From positions 1-64,000 of the forward strand of contig JANRJA010000018.1 in the NCBI GenBank assembly GCA_033764315.1: a stretch of DNA of 64,000 nucleotides, read 5' to 3'. A program made the translations under genes and the position numbers. Under the pieces are notes generated by a model. It was given only the letters and a program-made list of their open reading frames with translations. It searched no databases and had not been told where the DNA came from. The stretch comes from Oculatellaceae cyanobacterium bins.114. Its GTDB lineage: Bacteria; Cyanobacteriota; Cyanobacteriia; Elainellales; Elainellaceae. Shown one piece after another: positions 31,105 to 41,478 of this stretch (its first letter is position 1; every line of letters starts with the position of its first letter).

Positions 31105-32937
31105 TTATTGCTCCTCCAACATTTGCAATCGGTAGAGGCTGGCGTATAACCCACCCTGACTCAACAATTCCTCATGACTGCCTGACTCAATCAACTGCCC
31201 TTGCTTGAGCACTAGGATGCGATCGACACTACGAATCGTAGAGAGGCGATGAGCGATGATAATTGCTGTTCGCTTAACCAACAATCGCTCTAGAGCCTGC
31301 TGGATCATGGCTTCAGTACCCACATCAAGATTAGCGGTTGCCTCATCCAAGACGAGAATATGAGGGTCACGAATGGCGGCGCGGGCAAAGGCAAGCAGTT
31401 GCTTTTGTCCTCCAGAGAGGTTTGTGCCCCGCTGACGCAACATCGTGTCATAGCCTTGAGGTAACTGCTCAATGAAACTGGCGACATTAGTTTGCTCGGC
31501 AGCCGCCCGAATCGCTTCGATGGGGTAATGCTCTCCTAGGGTAATGTTGCTCTTGACATCTCCGGCAAACAAAAAACCATCTTGCAAAATGACGGCCATG
31601 CGTTGTCGTAGCTCAACTTGGGGCAGATCTCGAATATCCACTCCATCCAACAAGATTCGCCCTTGTGTCACCTCATAAAGACGGCATAGCAAGCGAATAA
31701 TTGAGCTTTTACCGGCTCCAGTGGGTCCCACCAAGGCGACTTTTTCACCCGGACGGATGACGAAGTTGAGGTTACGCAAAACGGGTTCATCGGGTTTATA
31801 ACCAAACCAGACCTGCTCAAACCGAATCTCTCCAGCAGCACGGGGAACTGCCTTTTCTACAGCCTGTTCAGTGCGCTCTGGGTCGCGGATCTCAATCGGT
31901 TCGTTGAGAATGTCGCTGACCCTTTCTAATGCCGTAAACCCGGCTTGAATCGCAGTAAATTGTTCTGCAAACTCTCGTAGTGGGTCAAACAGCCGCTGAG
32001 CAAACAGAATAAAGGATGCCAGGATGCCGAAGTTGAGGGCGTCTTGTAACACTAACACCCCCCCTAACCACAACACAGCGGCGATCGCCCCTAAAGCCAC
32101 CCACTCTAACGTAGCTGAGACAGCCGAGTCATAAAAAATGGTCTTATCAACTTCACCAACATATCGCTGGTTAATTGTGCGATAAAGCTGCGAGTTAAAC
32201 TGCTCTCGTCGAAACAGTTGTACGACGTTAATTCCGGTGATGTTTTCCTGCAACGTAGAGTTGAGTGCTGATAGCTCTTCTCGTGCTATGTAATTGGCGG
32301 TGCGATACTTGCGTTGAAAATAAACGATTAAGGCTGTCACAGGAATCAACAGGCTCACCAGCATGAGTGCCAGTTGCCACTGCAGCGTAAACATCGTGAC
32401 AGCAATCACCACCATTGAGAACAGGTTGCCAATGATCCCGATCGCTCCGGTTGAAAACACATCTCCTAGCGCATCCACATCACTGGTGAGACGTGTGATC
32501 AAACGCCCAACCGGAGTGCGATCAAAAAATCGAGCGGCCAGTGAGGTGACATGCTGAAACAAATCATCTCGAATGTTGGCGGTGATCCGTTGCCCTACTT
32601 TTTGCACCATGTAACCCTGCCAGCCATCCACAGCCAGTCGAGTGGCGATCGTCGCTAGCAGCAGCAACACTAACAGATTTAACCCACTCGCTAACGTCTG
32701 CCCCCGCAAAAACCAGAGGACGGGTTCATTGCGAATCAGTGATATTGCCTGCCCTACTAGAATTGGTTGAATGGCTTCAGCGATCGAGGTTGGAACAAGC
32801 AGAATCAGGGCGATCGTCAGTAAGCGTTTATTTTGTAGAGCATAGGGAGCCAAAAGTCGCAACAATCGCCAATCGGTAGGTCGAGGTTGTCGGCGTTCCT
32901 CGTTTGAGGAAGATGCACTGGTCATGCTGAGGGTCAA
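31105..32937 (-). CDS. ABC exporter, fused permease + ATPase (MdlB-like)
   Basis: GPTGAGKS, LSGGQKQ, LDEATA; N-terminal TM domain; start may be ATG 32925. Confidence 0.93.
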   Translation of the reverse strand: MTLSMTSASSSNEERRQPRPTDWRLLRLLAPYALQNKRLLTIALILLVPTSIAEAIQPILVGQAISLIRNEPVLWFLRGQTLASGLNLLVLLLLATIATRLAVDGWQGYMVQKVGQRITANIRDDLFQHVTSLAARFFDRTPVGRLITRLTSDVDALGDVFSTGAIGIIGNLFSMVVIAVTMFTLQWQLALMLVSLLIPVTALIVYFQRKYRTANYIAREELSALNSTLQENITGINVVQLFRREQFNSQLYRTINQRYVGEVDKTIFYDSAVSATLEWVALGAIAAVLWLGGVLVLQDALNFGILASFILFAQRLFDPLREFAEQFTAIQAGFTALERVSDILNEPIEIRDPERTEQAVEKAVPRAAGEIRFEQVWFGYKPDEPVLRNLNFVIRPGEKVALVGPTGAGKSSIIRLLCRLYEVTQGRILLDGVDIRDLPQVELRQRMAVILQDGFLFAGDVKSNITLGEHYPIEAIRAAAEQTNVASFIEQLPQGYDTMLRQRGTNLSGGQKQLLAFARAAIRDPHILVLDEATANLDVGTEAMIQQALERLLVKRTAIIIAHRLSTIRSVDRILVLKQGQLIESGSHEELLSQGGLYASLYRLQMLEEQ

Positions 32938-33117
32938 TGAGGGTCTGCTCTATTTTAGAGTGTCCTCAGTTTTAGTGAGGCAGTATACAAAATTTCTCAT
33001 GCTCATGACGGTTGATGGGCTATCGATCAGCCCATAGCAGAGGTGGCATTTGGCAAAGAGTTTGGGTTAAGTTGCAACATAGAATGGCTAAGTACTGCAC
33101 TCTTAATTCCCTTCTCT

Positions 33118-33771
33118 CTACTTTTGACTGATCACTCCTCCTACTTCCACTCGAATGCGTTCAATCACGGTTTGCAACCCATCAATGTCAAGTCGATAAC
33201 CTAGAGGATGGGCAATCAGACGGGCTGTGCTATCAAACAAGCGATCGATTTCTAACAAATTGTTTTCTTTGAGGGTGCGTCCAGAGGCGACTAAATCGAC
33301 GATCGCCTCTGACATTCCAGTGATCGGCCCTAACTCAACCGACCCATAGAGGGGCACAATTTCTACTGGCAGATCAAGGCTCTGAAAATATTCGCGGGCA
33401 CAGTTAACAAACTTAGACGCCACTCGACTGTGAGGAGGCAACTGCAATGCCGAGCGATAAGGACTTGCTTCTTTAACCGCCACTGACAAGCGACATTGCC
33501 CAAACCCTAAATCTACTAAATGAGCTACTTTGGGCTGTTTTTCTCGCAAAATGTCATAGCCGACGATCCCCAATTGGGCCTGACCATATTCCACATAGAC
33601 AGGCACATCATAATTGCGAACTAGCAACGCCTTTGCAGTATGAGTCGTATCCCAAATTTCAAGCTGGCGATTACTAGAGTCGAGAAAAGCACTGAAGTCA
33701 AGTCCAACTGCTTGCAACAGGCGAATACTCTCTTCTAATAAACCGCCCTTGGGCAGCGCAACGGTAATCAT
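33118..33771 (-). CDS. hisG: ATP phosphoribosyltransferase (short form)
   Basis: [32 protein letters not shown]. Confidence 0.95.
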   Translation of the reverse strand: MITVALPKGGLLEESIRLLQAVGLDFSAFLDSSNRQLEIWDTTHTAKALLVRNYDVPVYVEYGQAQLGIVGYDILREKQPKVAHLVDLGFGQCRLSVAVKEASPYRSALQLPPHSRVASKFVNCAREYFQSLDLPVEIVPLYGSVELGPITGMSEAIVDLVASGRTLKENNLLEIDRLFDSTARLIAHPLGYRLDIDGLQTVIERIRVEVGGVISQK

Positions 33772-33953
33772 GGTATCTTTAACAACACTTTAGCCATCCT
33801 ACAGCAGGAAGGAGATTGCGAGTGAGAGAGTAGCCGAGTGGGAGTGTGAAAGGGGAGGAATGCCTAAGCATTGACCAATATCTCCCATGACCGATAACCA
33901 TGAACGAATGACCCATGCCTCTTGCTATCACATCATCTTGCTGCCCTAGTGAT

Positions 33954-34862
33954 TTAGGGAATTGGAGTCGATCGCAACAATCGCTCGATGATGCCCCGTG
34001 CTCTTCGTCCTCCAGCGGGGATCAGACGATGCGAGAGCACATGGGGTGCCAGCAACTTGACATCATCAGGGATGGCATAGTCTCTCCCTTCCAAAAAGGC
34101 GAGGGCCTGAATAGCTCGGTGCAATGATACCGAACCCCGGGGGCTAACCCCTAGAATAATTTCTTCATCTTGGCGGGTTGCCCGAATCAAATCGAGGATG
34201 TATTGCTGCAAAGGAGCCTCTACTCTCACCTGAGCACAGAGACGACGTAACTCCACAATGTCTGCCAAAGACAAACTGGGCTTTAGCTCATCCAATGAAG
34301 TGCCTTGCTGCAACCGTTGTAACATCTGCAATTCTTCTGCCTCGGTTGGATATCCTAAACTCAAAGACAGGGCAAAGCGATCCATTTGGGCTTCAGGTAA
34401 GGGGAACGTGCCCTGATATTCCACTGGGTTTTGAGTCGCAATGACAAAAAATGGAGTCGGCACGAGACGAGAGATTCCATCTACTGTGACCTGGTGCTCC
34501 TCCATAACTTCTAAGAGGGCCGATTGAGTCCGAGGAGTTGCCCGATTAATTTCATCAGCCAGCAACACATTGGCAAAGACAGGTCCCGGTGAAAACACAA
34601 ATTCACCCGTCCGGGGGTTCCAAATATTGGTGCCGGTGACATCGGTTGGTAGTAAGTCAGGAGTGCATTGAATCCGCTGAAACTGCCCATCAATTGAACG
34701 AGCCAACGATTTGGCTAACAACGTTTTCCCCACTCCTGGCACATCTTCTAAAAGGGCGTGACCGCCTGATAACAAAGCCACTAATACCAATCGAATTGCC
34801 TCAGCTTTGCCCACAATCGTACGACCCAGATTTTGGGTGAGCTGTTCAATGCTTTCTCTCAT
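33954..34862 (-). CDS. MoxR-family AAA+ ATPase
   Basis: DVPGVGKT, TPDLLPTD, ADEINRA, ATQNP, LPEAQMDRF. Confidence 0.95.
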   Translation of the reverse strand: MRESIEQLTQNLGRTIVGKAEAIRLVLVALLSGGHALLEDVPGVGKTLLAKSLARSIDGQFQRIQCTPDLLPTDVTGTNIWNPRTGEFVFSPGPVFANVLLADEINRATPRTQSALLEVMEEHQVTVDGISRLVPTPFFVIATQNPVEYQGTFPLPEAQMDRFALSLSLGYPTEAEELQMLQRLQQGTSLDELKPSLSLADIVELRRLCAQVRVEAPLQQYILDLIRATRQDEEIILGVSPRGSVSLHRAIQALAFLEGRDYAIPDDVKLLAPHVLSHRLIPAGGRRARGIIERLLRSTPIP

Positions 34863-34925
34863 AGTTTTTGTAATCTTGTGTGTAACCCAGAGGCGTGACC
34901 TGACTACCCATTCCCCTACTCTAAC

Positions 34926-35897
34926 TCAGGGTAAAGGAGTGGTGGCTAAGAGCGATCGCGCTATATCGCAATCTGCTTGGATTTGAGCTTTTAGTGCCTC
35001 CAGTGAAGCAAACTTTTGCTCAGGGCGAATAAACTTTTCTAGACTAACGGTTAAGGTCTGTCCATACAGGTCGCCCGACCAATCTAACAGGTGAACTTCG
35101 ATCGTTTGCTGCACCCCATTGACAGTAGGGCGGTTGCCAATATTCATCACGCCCGCCAATGAATGTCCCTGTAGGGTCAACTCAGTTCCTGATACCCGTA
35201 CTGAGTAAACTCCTTGATGCGGTAAAAACTTTTCGTCAGGGAGCTTGAGGTTAGCCGTGGGAAACCCCAAAAGACGACCGAGTTGTTGTCCCTGAACGAC
35301 CTGCCCCACTAGCGTATAGGTTCGACCTAACAGATGATTGGCTTGGGGCAGGTCGCCTGCTTGCAGCGCATGGCGGATAGCAGAGCTACTGATGCGATCG
35401 CCATTAGAGGTATGGAGCGGGATGATTTGCACGGTGATGTCATAGGTCGCGGCGATCGCCTGTAAATCTTGAGTGGTGCCCGATCGCTTACAGCCAAATC
35501 GAAAATCTTGACCAACGCTGATTTGGCGTGCTTGTAGCCGTTGCACGAGGATAATGTCTACAAAATCTTGAGCCGACATCTCTGCCAGGGTCTGGTCAAA
35601 TGGCAACAAGACCAACTGTTGCACCCCCATTTCCTGCAAGAGGGCTACTTTTTCATCTATTGGGGTCAACAAGGGGCGACGTTTCCCCGTAAAAAACTCT
35701 TGAGGGTGAGGACAAAACGTCAAGACGGTGGAGTGAGGCTTGTGGATCAAATCAGGAACAACAGCCTCTGAATGAGTCAGGGCAGACGCCAAAATTGGCT
35801 CAATGACACGTCGGTGCCCCCGATGAACTCCGTCAAAGTTTCCCAGGGCAACGTGTGTCGGAACGCGAACAGTGTCTAAAGAGGAAGTAATCCACAC
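34926..35897 (-). CDS. ribF: bifunctional riboflavin kinase / FAD synthetase
   Basis: GNFDGVHRGH, ISSSAIR, GFPTAN, NIGNRPT. Confidence 0.95.
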   Translation of the reverse strand: MWITSSLDTVRVPTHVALGNFDGVHRGHRRVIEPILASALTHSEAVVPDLIHKPHSTVLTFCPHPQEFFTGKRRPLLTPIDEKVALLQEMGVQQLVLLPFDQTLAEMSAQDFVDIILVQRLQARQISVGQDFRFGCKRSGTTQDLQAIAATYDITVQIIPLHTSNGDRISSSAIRHALQAGDLPQANHLLGRTYTLVGQVVQGQQLGRLLGFPTANLKLPDEKFLPHQGVYSVRVSGTELTLQGHSLAGVMNIGNRPTVNGVQQTIEVHLLDWSGDLYGQTLTVSLEKFIRPEQKFASLEALKAQIQADCDIARSLLATTPLP

Positions 35898-35955
35898 GCT
35901 TTACATTTTGACACAAAACAAGGGAAAGTCTGACAAAACCAATGGAAAGTAGCGA

Positions 35956-36858
35956 TCAGGCTGATAACTTAGCCTCTGATGTTTCCTCAGCCGGGACGTT
36001 AGTCGGAGAGGCTAACAAGTCAATTTCCAGACCCTCCCAGGCAACAACACTATTGGGAAACTCTTCAGCCGTGTTTTCTTGAATCTGATCCATAAAGGCA
36101 TCGCTGTGCAGCGGGTCATGATGGAAGATAACAAGCTTTTTAACATTAGCTGCCTTAGCCACTTTGACAGCTTCTTGCCAGGTTGAATGCCCCCAACCCA
36201 CTTTGCTCGACTTTTCAGAATAGTATTCTTCGTTGGTATAGGTGGAATCGTAGATCATCAAATCGGCTTCACGAGCCAGCCAGAGCACATGTTCATCCAG
36301 ACGGTCGGTAAAGTGCTCAGTGTCAGTGACATACGCCACAGCGTGCCCATTCCAGTTAACGCGATAACCCACCGCTTCACCGGGGTGATTAAGCAGTGCA
36401 TTTTCAACGCGAATATCGCCAATTTCTACAGTCTCACCGATCTCAATGTCGCAGAACGTCAGGTCTGCACCCATGATTTGCAAGGGGACTGGGAAGTTGG
36501 GATGAAGCATCTGGTCATTGAGCCGTTGCTCAATCGTGGAACCATTAGGAGCGATCGCCCCATAGATTTTGAACTTATTACCTTTAACGAAAGCAGGCAC
36601 AAAGAACGGAAAGCCTTGAATGTGATCCCAATGAGAGTGGGTAAAGAACAGGTGTCCTTCTAAGGGCAGTTCTCGCATGAGCGACTGTCCGAGAACACGC
36701 AATCCGGTTCCACCATCGAAGATCAGACGATAACCAGCAACTTGCATCTCAATGCAAGACGTATTGCCGCCATATCGCACCGTCTCAGGACCAGGACAAG
36801 CAATACTACCTCTGACACCCCAAAAGCGAACTTTGAACTGGTTTTGCATCTTAGACAT
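35956..36858 (-). CDS. MBL-fold metallo-hydrolase
   Basis: WGVRGSI, YGGNTSC, THSHWDH, WGHST, FHHDP. Confidence 0.9.
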   Translation of the reverse strand: MSKMQNQFKVRFWGVRGSIACPGPETVRYGGNTSCIEMQVAGYRLIFDGGTGLRVLGQSLMRELPLEGHLFFTHSHWDHIQGFPFFVPAFVKGNKFKIYGAIAPNGSTIEQRLNDQMLHPNFPVPLQIMGADLTFCDIEIGETVEIGDIRVENALLNHPGEAVGYRVNWNGHAVAYVTDTEHFTDRLDEHVLWLAREADLMIYDSTYTNEEYYSEKSSKVGWGHSTWQEAVKVAKAANVKKLVIFHHDPLHSDAFMDQIQENTAEEFPNSVVAWEGLEIDLLASPTNVPAEETSEAKLSA

Positions 36859-37197
36859 GAATGTTCCCTACCGGACTCGATCGAGTCTTAAAAGACGAGC
36901 CTTGCTCCCAAGATTGGTTAGCCTAAATCTTACTTACGATCTGGCAAGCATTGTCTCAGGATTACAGCCTCCGTTGCAGATTGGTAGAAATCTTTACAAG
37001 GGCACCCTTTTGATATCAAACTCCCACACAAGGTGGTTATCTGCTCCATCTCAACTAAAAGTCTTTAGCTAAGATATACAGCCCATATTGCACCGACCAA
37101 GATTATGTCGAACAATATTGCTTGATTTAGCTCCAGTCTAGACTGTTACTTACTATAGAAACATCTCAACTTAGAGCAATTCCTATCAAATTTAACG

Positions 37198-38040
37198 TTA
37201 TTTAAAAAAAATCGGTTGCCAATCCTGCAATTTTGCCAGCCCTGAAATGGAAGTCAAGTTATATTGCAACGGTGTAACAGTAATGTAATTCTGCCGAATT
37301 GCTTGTACGTCTGTCATTGTGTTGCTGATCCATTCTAAGTCAACTCTTGGGGCAGTGGTTCCAAATATAGACAAAACATCGATATCGGTTTCACTGACAT
37401 CTTCGAGCACCTCACCCGCTAGCCAGTAATACGTTTTACCGCGTGGGTCAAGTCGTTTCTCAAACATATCAAAGTAACGACGAATGCCTTGTCGAGTCAC
37501 CATCACCCCGGCAATTTTTTCGGGATGAACGGCTGGTATATTAACATTGAGCAACATGAGCTGGGGCAGTGGATGTTTCTCAAGCTGTTGCAGCAGGTCA
37601 CGGGCAAAATCAGCCGCAGGTTGAAAGGTCTGACTCGAAAAGCTCGTGAGACTAAAGGCAATCCCAGGAATGCCCTCAATCACGCCCTCCATTGCAGCTG
37701 AGACCGTGCCAGAATAAAGCACGTCAGTTCCTAAGTTAGAGCCATGATTGATGCCTGACAAAACCAGATCAGGAGGACTGTCTAGTAAAGCTCCTAGAGC
37801 AAGTTTGACACAATCAGACGGCGTTCCAGAACAGGCCCAGGCTTTGATATTGGGGTGAAAGGTTGATTCAACTTGTTCAGCTCGAATCGGATCGTGCAAG
37901 GTTAAGCCGTGTCCGGTTGCCGATCGCTCTCGATCAGGACACACGACAGTGACCTGATGTCCTGCCTCTGCTAGGGTGTTTGCCAGCGTGCGAATGCCTA
38001 ATGCAAAGATGCCATCATCGTTACTAATTAGAAGATTCAT
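37198..38040 (-). CDS. surE: 5'/3'-nucleotidase SurE
   Basis: [36 protein letters not shown] 38040. Confidence 0.95.
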   Translation of the reverse strand: MNLLISNDDGIFALGIRTLANTLAEAGHQVTVVCPDRERSATGHGLTLHDPIRAEQVESTFHPNIKAWACSGTPSDCVKLALGALLDSPPDLVLSGINHGSNLGTDVLYSGTVSAAMEGVIEGIPGIAFSLTSFSSQTFQPAADFARDLLQQLEKHPLPQLMLLNVNIPAVHPEKIAGVMVTRQGIRRYFDMFEKRLDPRGKTYYWLAGEVLEDVSETDIDVLSIFGTTAPRVDLEWISNTMTDVQAIRQNYITVTPLQYNLTSISGLAKLQDWQPIFFK

Positions 38041-38283
38041 GCCATTACCAGAACGAGTTGTCAGCCAGTTCCAGTGTAGAGGGAAGAGGGAAAAGGAAAG
38101 AGGAAAGAGGGAAGAAGCGGAGGTTAGGAGCAAAAAAGAGGGCTGAAAAAAAGAGGGCTGGATTTTTAGTGTTAAGTTTTGAATGCCTTGGTTCTGGAAT
38201 TCAGAAGATTTCATAGCGGGCTACGGCTACAACTCAAAATTCAACGCGCATCACTCAAAGCTCTATCACCTCTCTACTCATCG

Positions 38284-38325
38284 CTTCATCCCCTCATTCA
38301 CTTCATCCCCTCATTCACTTCATCC
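38284..38325. repeat. 17-bp tandem repeat (about 2.5 copies) upstream of pheS
   Basis: CTTCATCCCCTCATTCA twice plus CTTCATCC. Confidence 0.75.
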
Positions 38326-38392
38326 TTCGCACTCTATTTAGAGATAAACTGAAATAGTCTTAGCTGTTTCTTTATCACGGGCAATTCTAGGC

Positions 38393-39394
38393 ATGGCTAC
38401 AGTGCTCAATGAGCTTGAATCTCAACTGACCCACTTGCGTCAGGAGGCGCAGGAGGCGATCGCTGATACAACCACGTTGGAGCAGCTAGAACAACTGCGA
38501 ATCAAGTATTTAGGCAAAAAAGGTAGCCTCTCTCAGGTGTTAGGGGGGATGGGGAAACTAGAGGCAAGCGATCGCCCTCGCATTGGGGCACTTGCTAATG
38601 AGGTAAAAGAGGTGTTGCAGACAGCCCTCGATCAAAAGCGAGACACTCTGCAAGCAGCTCAAATCGAGGCTCAACTCACGGCTGAAAAAATAGATGTGAC
38701 CATGCCAGGGGTGTATGCACCTCAGGGTCATACCCATCCGCTGACGAGCACGATCGAGCGCGTATTAGACATTTTTGTGGGATTGGGCTACACCGTGGCT
38801 GAAGGCCCTGAGATGGAGACCGACTACTACAACTTTGAGGCACTCAACTTTTTAGAAGACCATCCGGCGCGAGACATGCAAGATACGTTGTATTTGCCCG
38901 ATGGCAATCTGCTGAGAACCCACACCTCCTCAGTGCAGATTCGCTATATGGAAAACAACGAGCCACCGATTCGAGTGGCGATTCCAGGGCGGTGTTATCG
39001 ACGAGACACCGTGGATGCAACTCATTCAGCGGTGTTTCACCAGGTTGAGATTTTGGCGGTGGATGAGGGGTTGACTTTCACCGATTTAAGAGGAACGCTC
39101 AAAGTCTTTTTAGAAGAGATCTTTGGCGATATTGAAATTCGCCTGCGTCCCAGTTTCTTCCCGTTCACAGAGCCATCTGCTGAGGTAGATGTGCAGTGGC
39201 GCGGTCGCTGGTTAGAGGTGATGGGCTGTGGCATGGTTGATCCCAATGTGTTGAAATCGGTGGGCTATGATCCCGAAGTCTACACTGGGTTTGCCGCAGG
39301 GTTTGGGGTTGAGCGGTTTGCGATGGTGTTGCACCAGGTAGACGATATTCGTCGGCTTTACAACAGTGACCTACGCTTTTTAAGACAGTTTTAG
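38393..39394 (+). CDS. pheS: phenylalanine-tRNA ligase alpha subunit
   Basis: [32 protein letters not shown]. Confidence 0.97.
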   Translation: MATVLNELESQLTHLRQEAQEAIADTTTLEQLEQLRIKYLGKKGSLSQVLGGMGKLEASDRPRIGALANEVKEVLQTALDQKRDTLQAAQIEAQLTAEKIDVTMPGVYAPQGHTHPLTSTIERVLDIFVGLGYTVAEGPEMETDYYNFEALNFLEDHPARDMQDTLYLPDGNLLRTHTSSVQIRYMENNEPPIRVAIPGRCYRRDTVDATHSAVFHQVEILAVDEGLTFTDLRGTLKVFLEEIFGDIEIRLRPSFFPFTEPSAEVDVQWRGRWLEVMGCGMVDPNVLKSVGYDPEVYTGFAAGFGVERFAMVLHQVDDIRRLYNSDLRFLRQF

Positions 39395-39548
39395 TCCATT
39401 TTGTCCTGATGGAGGATAAACGCTCCTGTATCACTAGGCAGTGATTGAGGTGGTATTTGAGGCATCGTCTGAGTTGGTAGAGCTTGCTTCTACTCTCTCA
39501 GCCTCTGTTCCACCTGAATTTGCCAGTGACCTTCATATAGGAGACAAT

Positions 39549-40406
39549 GTGCGCGTACCAACTCTAGCTTTGGCAACCGTGGCAGTGGTCGTAGGGCAGG
39601 AAATGGGTCAAGAGGCTCAAGCCAGCCCAATTTCTCAAGATTGGCAGCCCTCAGTGCCCATCGATCAGATAAAGGCAAGCCGATTCGATGACGTGAAGGA
39701 AACCGCGATTACTACTGCTCCAGAAGTCCTGGTTACTCCCCAATTTGCCCCAGAGCGATCGCCTGAGCCAACCCCATCGACAGCTGAGCCTGCACTGATG
39801 AATGGGGCGATCGCGGCGGCTCGTTCTGATGTGATGGTGACAGAGGCGATCGCTGAGTCTAGTGAAGTAGTGGCACCACAAAGTGGGTCTCGTGGTGGGG
39901 CGATCGCTCCTGTAGAGGCAGCGTTACCAATGGTAGCCGCATTGCCGACAGTGCCTATCCCTCAATCTATTCAAGGATCTCAACCTGTACCTGTTACTCA
40001 ACCTGTACCTGTTACTCAACCTATCGCAGAACCCTTAACAGTGGCTCAGTTTAGGCAGTTTAGCTATGAGTCTCCGGGGGTAAATCGACGACGGGTACGA
40101 ATCAGTCAACTCACGACCATTCAGGTCACGAACCGCACTAGACGGTCGATCGAAATTGAGTTGGTTGGGCGAACAAGACCTTTGCTATTACTGCCAGGGC
40201 AAACTCGGCGCATCCGGGTTGATCCCCGCGATTTGTCGCTGCTGTATTGGACTTTGGGGGGTCAGCAAGAGTTGACGGCTACAGTGTCACAACCTAGTTT
40301 AAGTACGGTTGTCGTGAATATTTTCCCAAGCCGCTTTCCCAATGGCAATTTGGCAATTTATTTACCAGACCCGGATAACCGTCCTGATATTCTCCGTGTT
40401 TTTTGA
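39549..40406 (+). CDS. secreted hypothetical protein with low-complexity P/A/T linker
   Basis: GTG 39549 with AGGAGA RBS; signal-like N terminus ending AQA; 18-bp tandem repeat at 39979-40022 (QPVPVT). Confidence 0.65.
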   Translation: MRVPTLALATVAVVVGQEMGQEAQASPISQDWQPSVPIDQIKASRFDDVKETAITTAPEVLVTPQFAPERSPEPTPSTAEPALMNGAIAAARSDVMVTEAIAESSEVVAPQSGSRGGAIAPVEAALPMVAALPTVPIPQSIQGSQPVPVTQPVPVTQPIAEPLTVAQFRQFSYESPGVNRRRVRISQLTTIQVTNRTRRSIEIELVGRTRPLLLLPGQTRRIRVDPRDLSLLYWTLGGQQELTATVSQPSLSTVVVNIFPSRFPNGNLAIYLPDPDNRPDILRVF

Positions 40407-40512
40407 CACTTTTGGCCTTGAGCCAGGAAATAAATTTCCTGGTATGAAAGGTTAATAGCTTCGGGATAGCTAACGACAAAGACCCATCAACCCAGTTTAA
40501 TCGTTGGTTGAC

Positions 40513-41136
40513 TCAACTATCCTCCGATTCAAGTTGTAATGGCCCTAAATATTTTGCCAAGTACGGCGAAAAGACTTCGTAAATCAACGTAATGGGGTGT
40601 CCGTGGTGCCAAAAGAGATAGTGTCTGCCCCAAAAGGGCCCAGGTTGTCCAAACGCCAACTCTAAGGCTGGAGAATGTCCACAGACGATGCCTTGAATGT
40701 CACGATATAACTCGGTGCGCGATCGCGACAAGTTTGACCAAATAGGGAGCGATCGATTCTGCAAATATTCATCAACGTGGCTTGCCTCCCACCAAGAGGT
40801 TGCATAGGCCAACCGTTTTCCTGACCGAGTTCTCAGCCAAACCTGCCGTCGCAGTCGAGGTGCCGTCAGCACCTGAATTGGCTCTGGAGCCTCATCCAAT
40901 GTGTCATCAATTAATGACATATCAATCACATCAACCTCGGTGGCCTCCCCGGTCAATAGTTGTAGATGCCGAGTGGGGGAGCCATCTCCTAACAACAGCA
41001 TTTGCCATGCGGGAGCAAGCTGATGATGTGGTAGTCCACGCTGCACAGTGTGTTCGCCACCTTGCCACAGCGGTTGGAGCCGATGCCAGGTGAGGGAAGG
41101 GTTGACATGATTGGAGGCTGAGAGTATTGAAGTCAA
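40513..41136 (-). CDS. ubiC: chorismate pyruvate-lyase (cyanobacterial UbiC/DUF98)
   Basis: LLGDGSPTRHL, RRQVWL, LAYATSWW, IYEVFSP. Confidence 0.85.
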   Translation of the reverse strand: MTSILSASNHVNPSLTWHRLQPLWQGGEHTVQRGLPHHQLAPAWQMLLLGDGSPTRHLQLLTGEATEVDVIDMSLIDDTLDEAPEPIQVLTAPRLRRQVWLRTRSGKRLAYATSWWEASHVDEYLQNRSLPIWSNLSRSRTELYRDIQGIVCGHSPALELAFGQPGPFWGRHYLFWHHGHPITLIYEVFSPYLAKYLGPLQLESEDS

Positions 41137-41478
41137 AGGATTTACAAAACTTTATTTACTTCCTTAATCATAGTATGACAGGGCTGAGTGGGGTGGAGAG
41201 GAGGTCACGCAATAGCAACTGAAGGGGTTTAGATCCAGGGGTTTAGATCCCTGAGTTCTCGTTGAAGGTACCTTTAACACGATGTCTGATGGACATCCCC
41301 AAAACCTGGAGATCTGGAATAGTCGTAGATCGTGTCTTGCGTCAGGGTGGGTCATGATATGGCTCCCTATTTAGGGCTACCTCACGAGAGAGTACTGTTA
41401 CAAAAACGAGATTTCATTCCTGCTTGTTGTTAATACGCTAAAATCCACAAATAGCCGTGCTACCGCATTTTCTGTCGT

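Noticed and set aside
38041..38214. 58-aa N-terminal extension of SurE in the ORF track
   Set aside because: It translates low-complexity repeat DNA; SurE homology starts at [10 protein letters not shown].
38284..38325. Mini-CRISPR array
   Set aside because: The repeats are directly adjacent with no spacers, and no cas genes are present.
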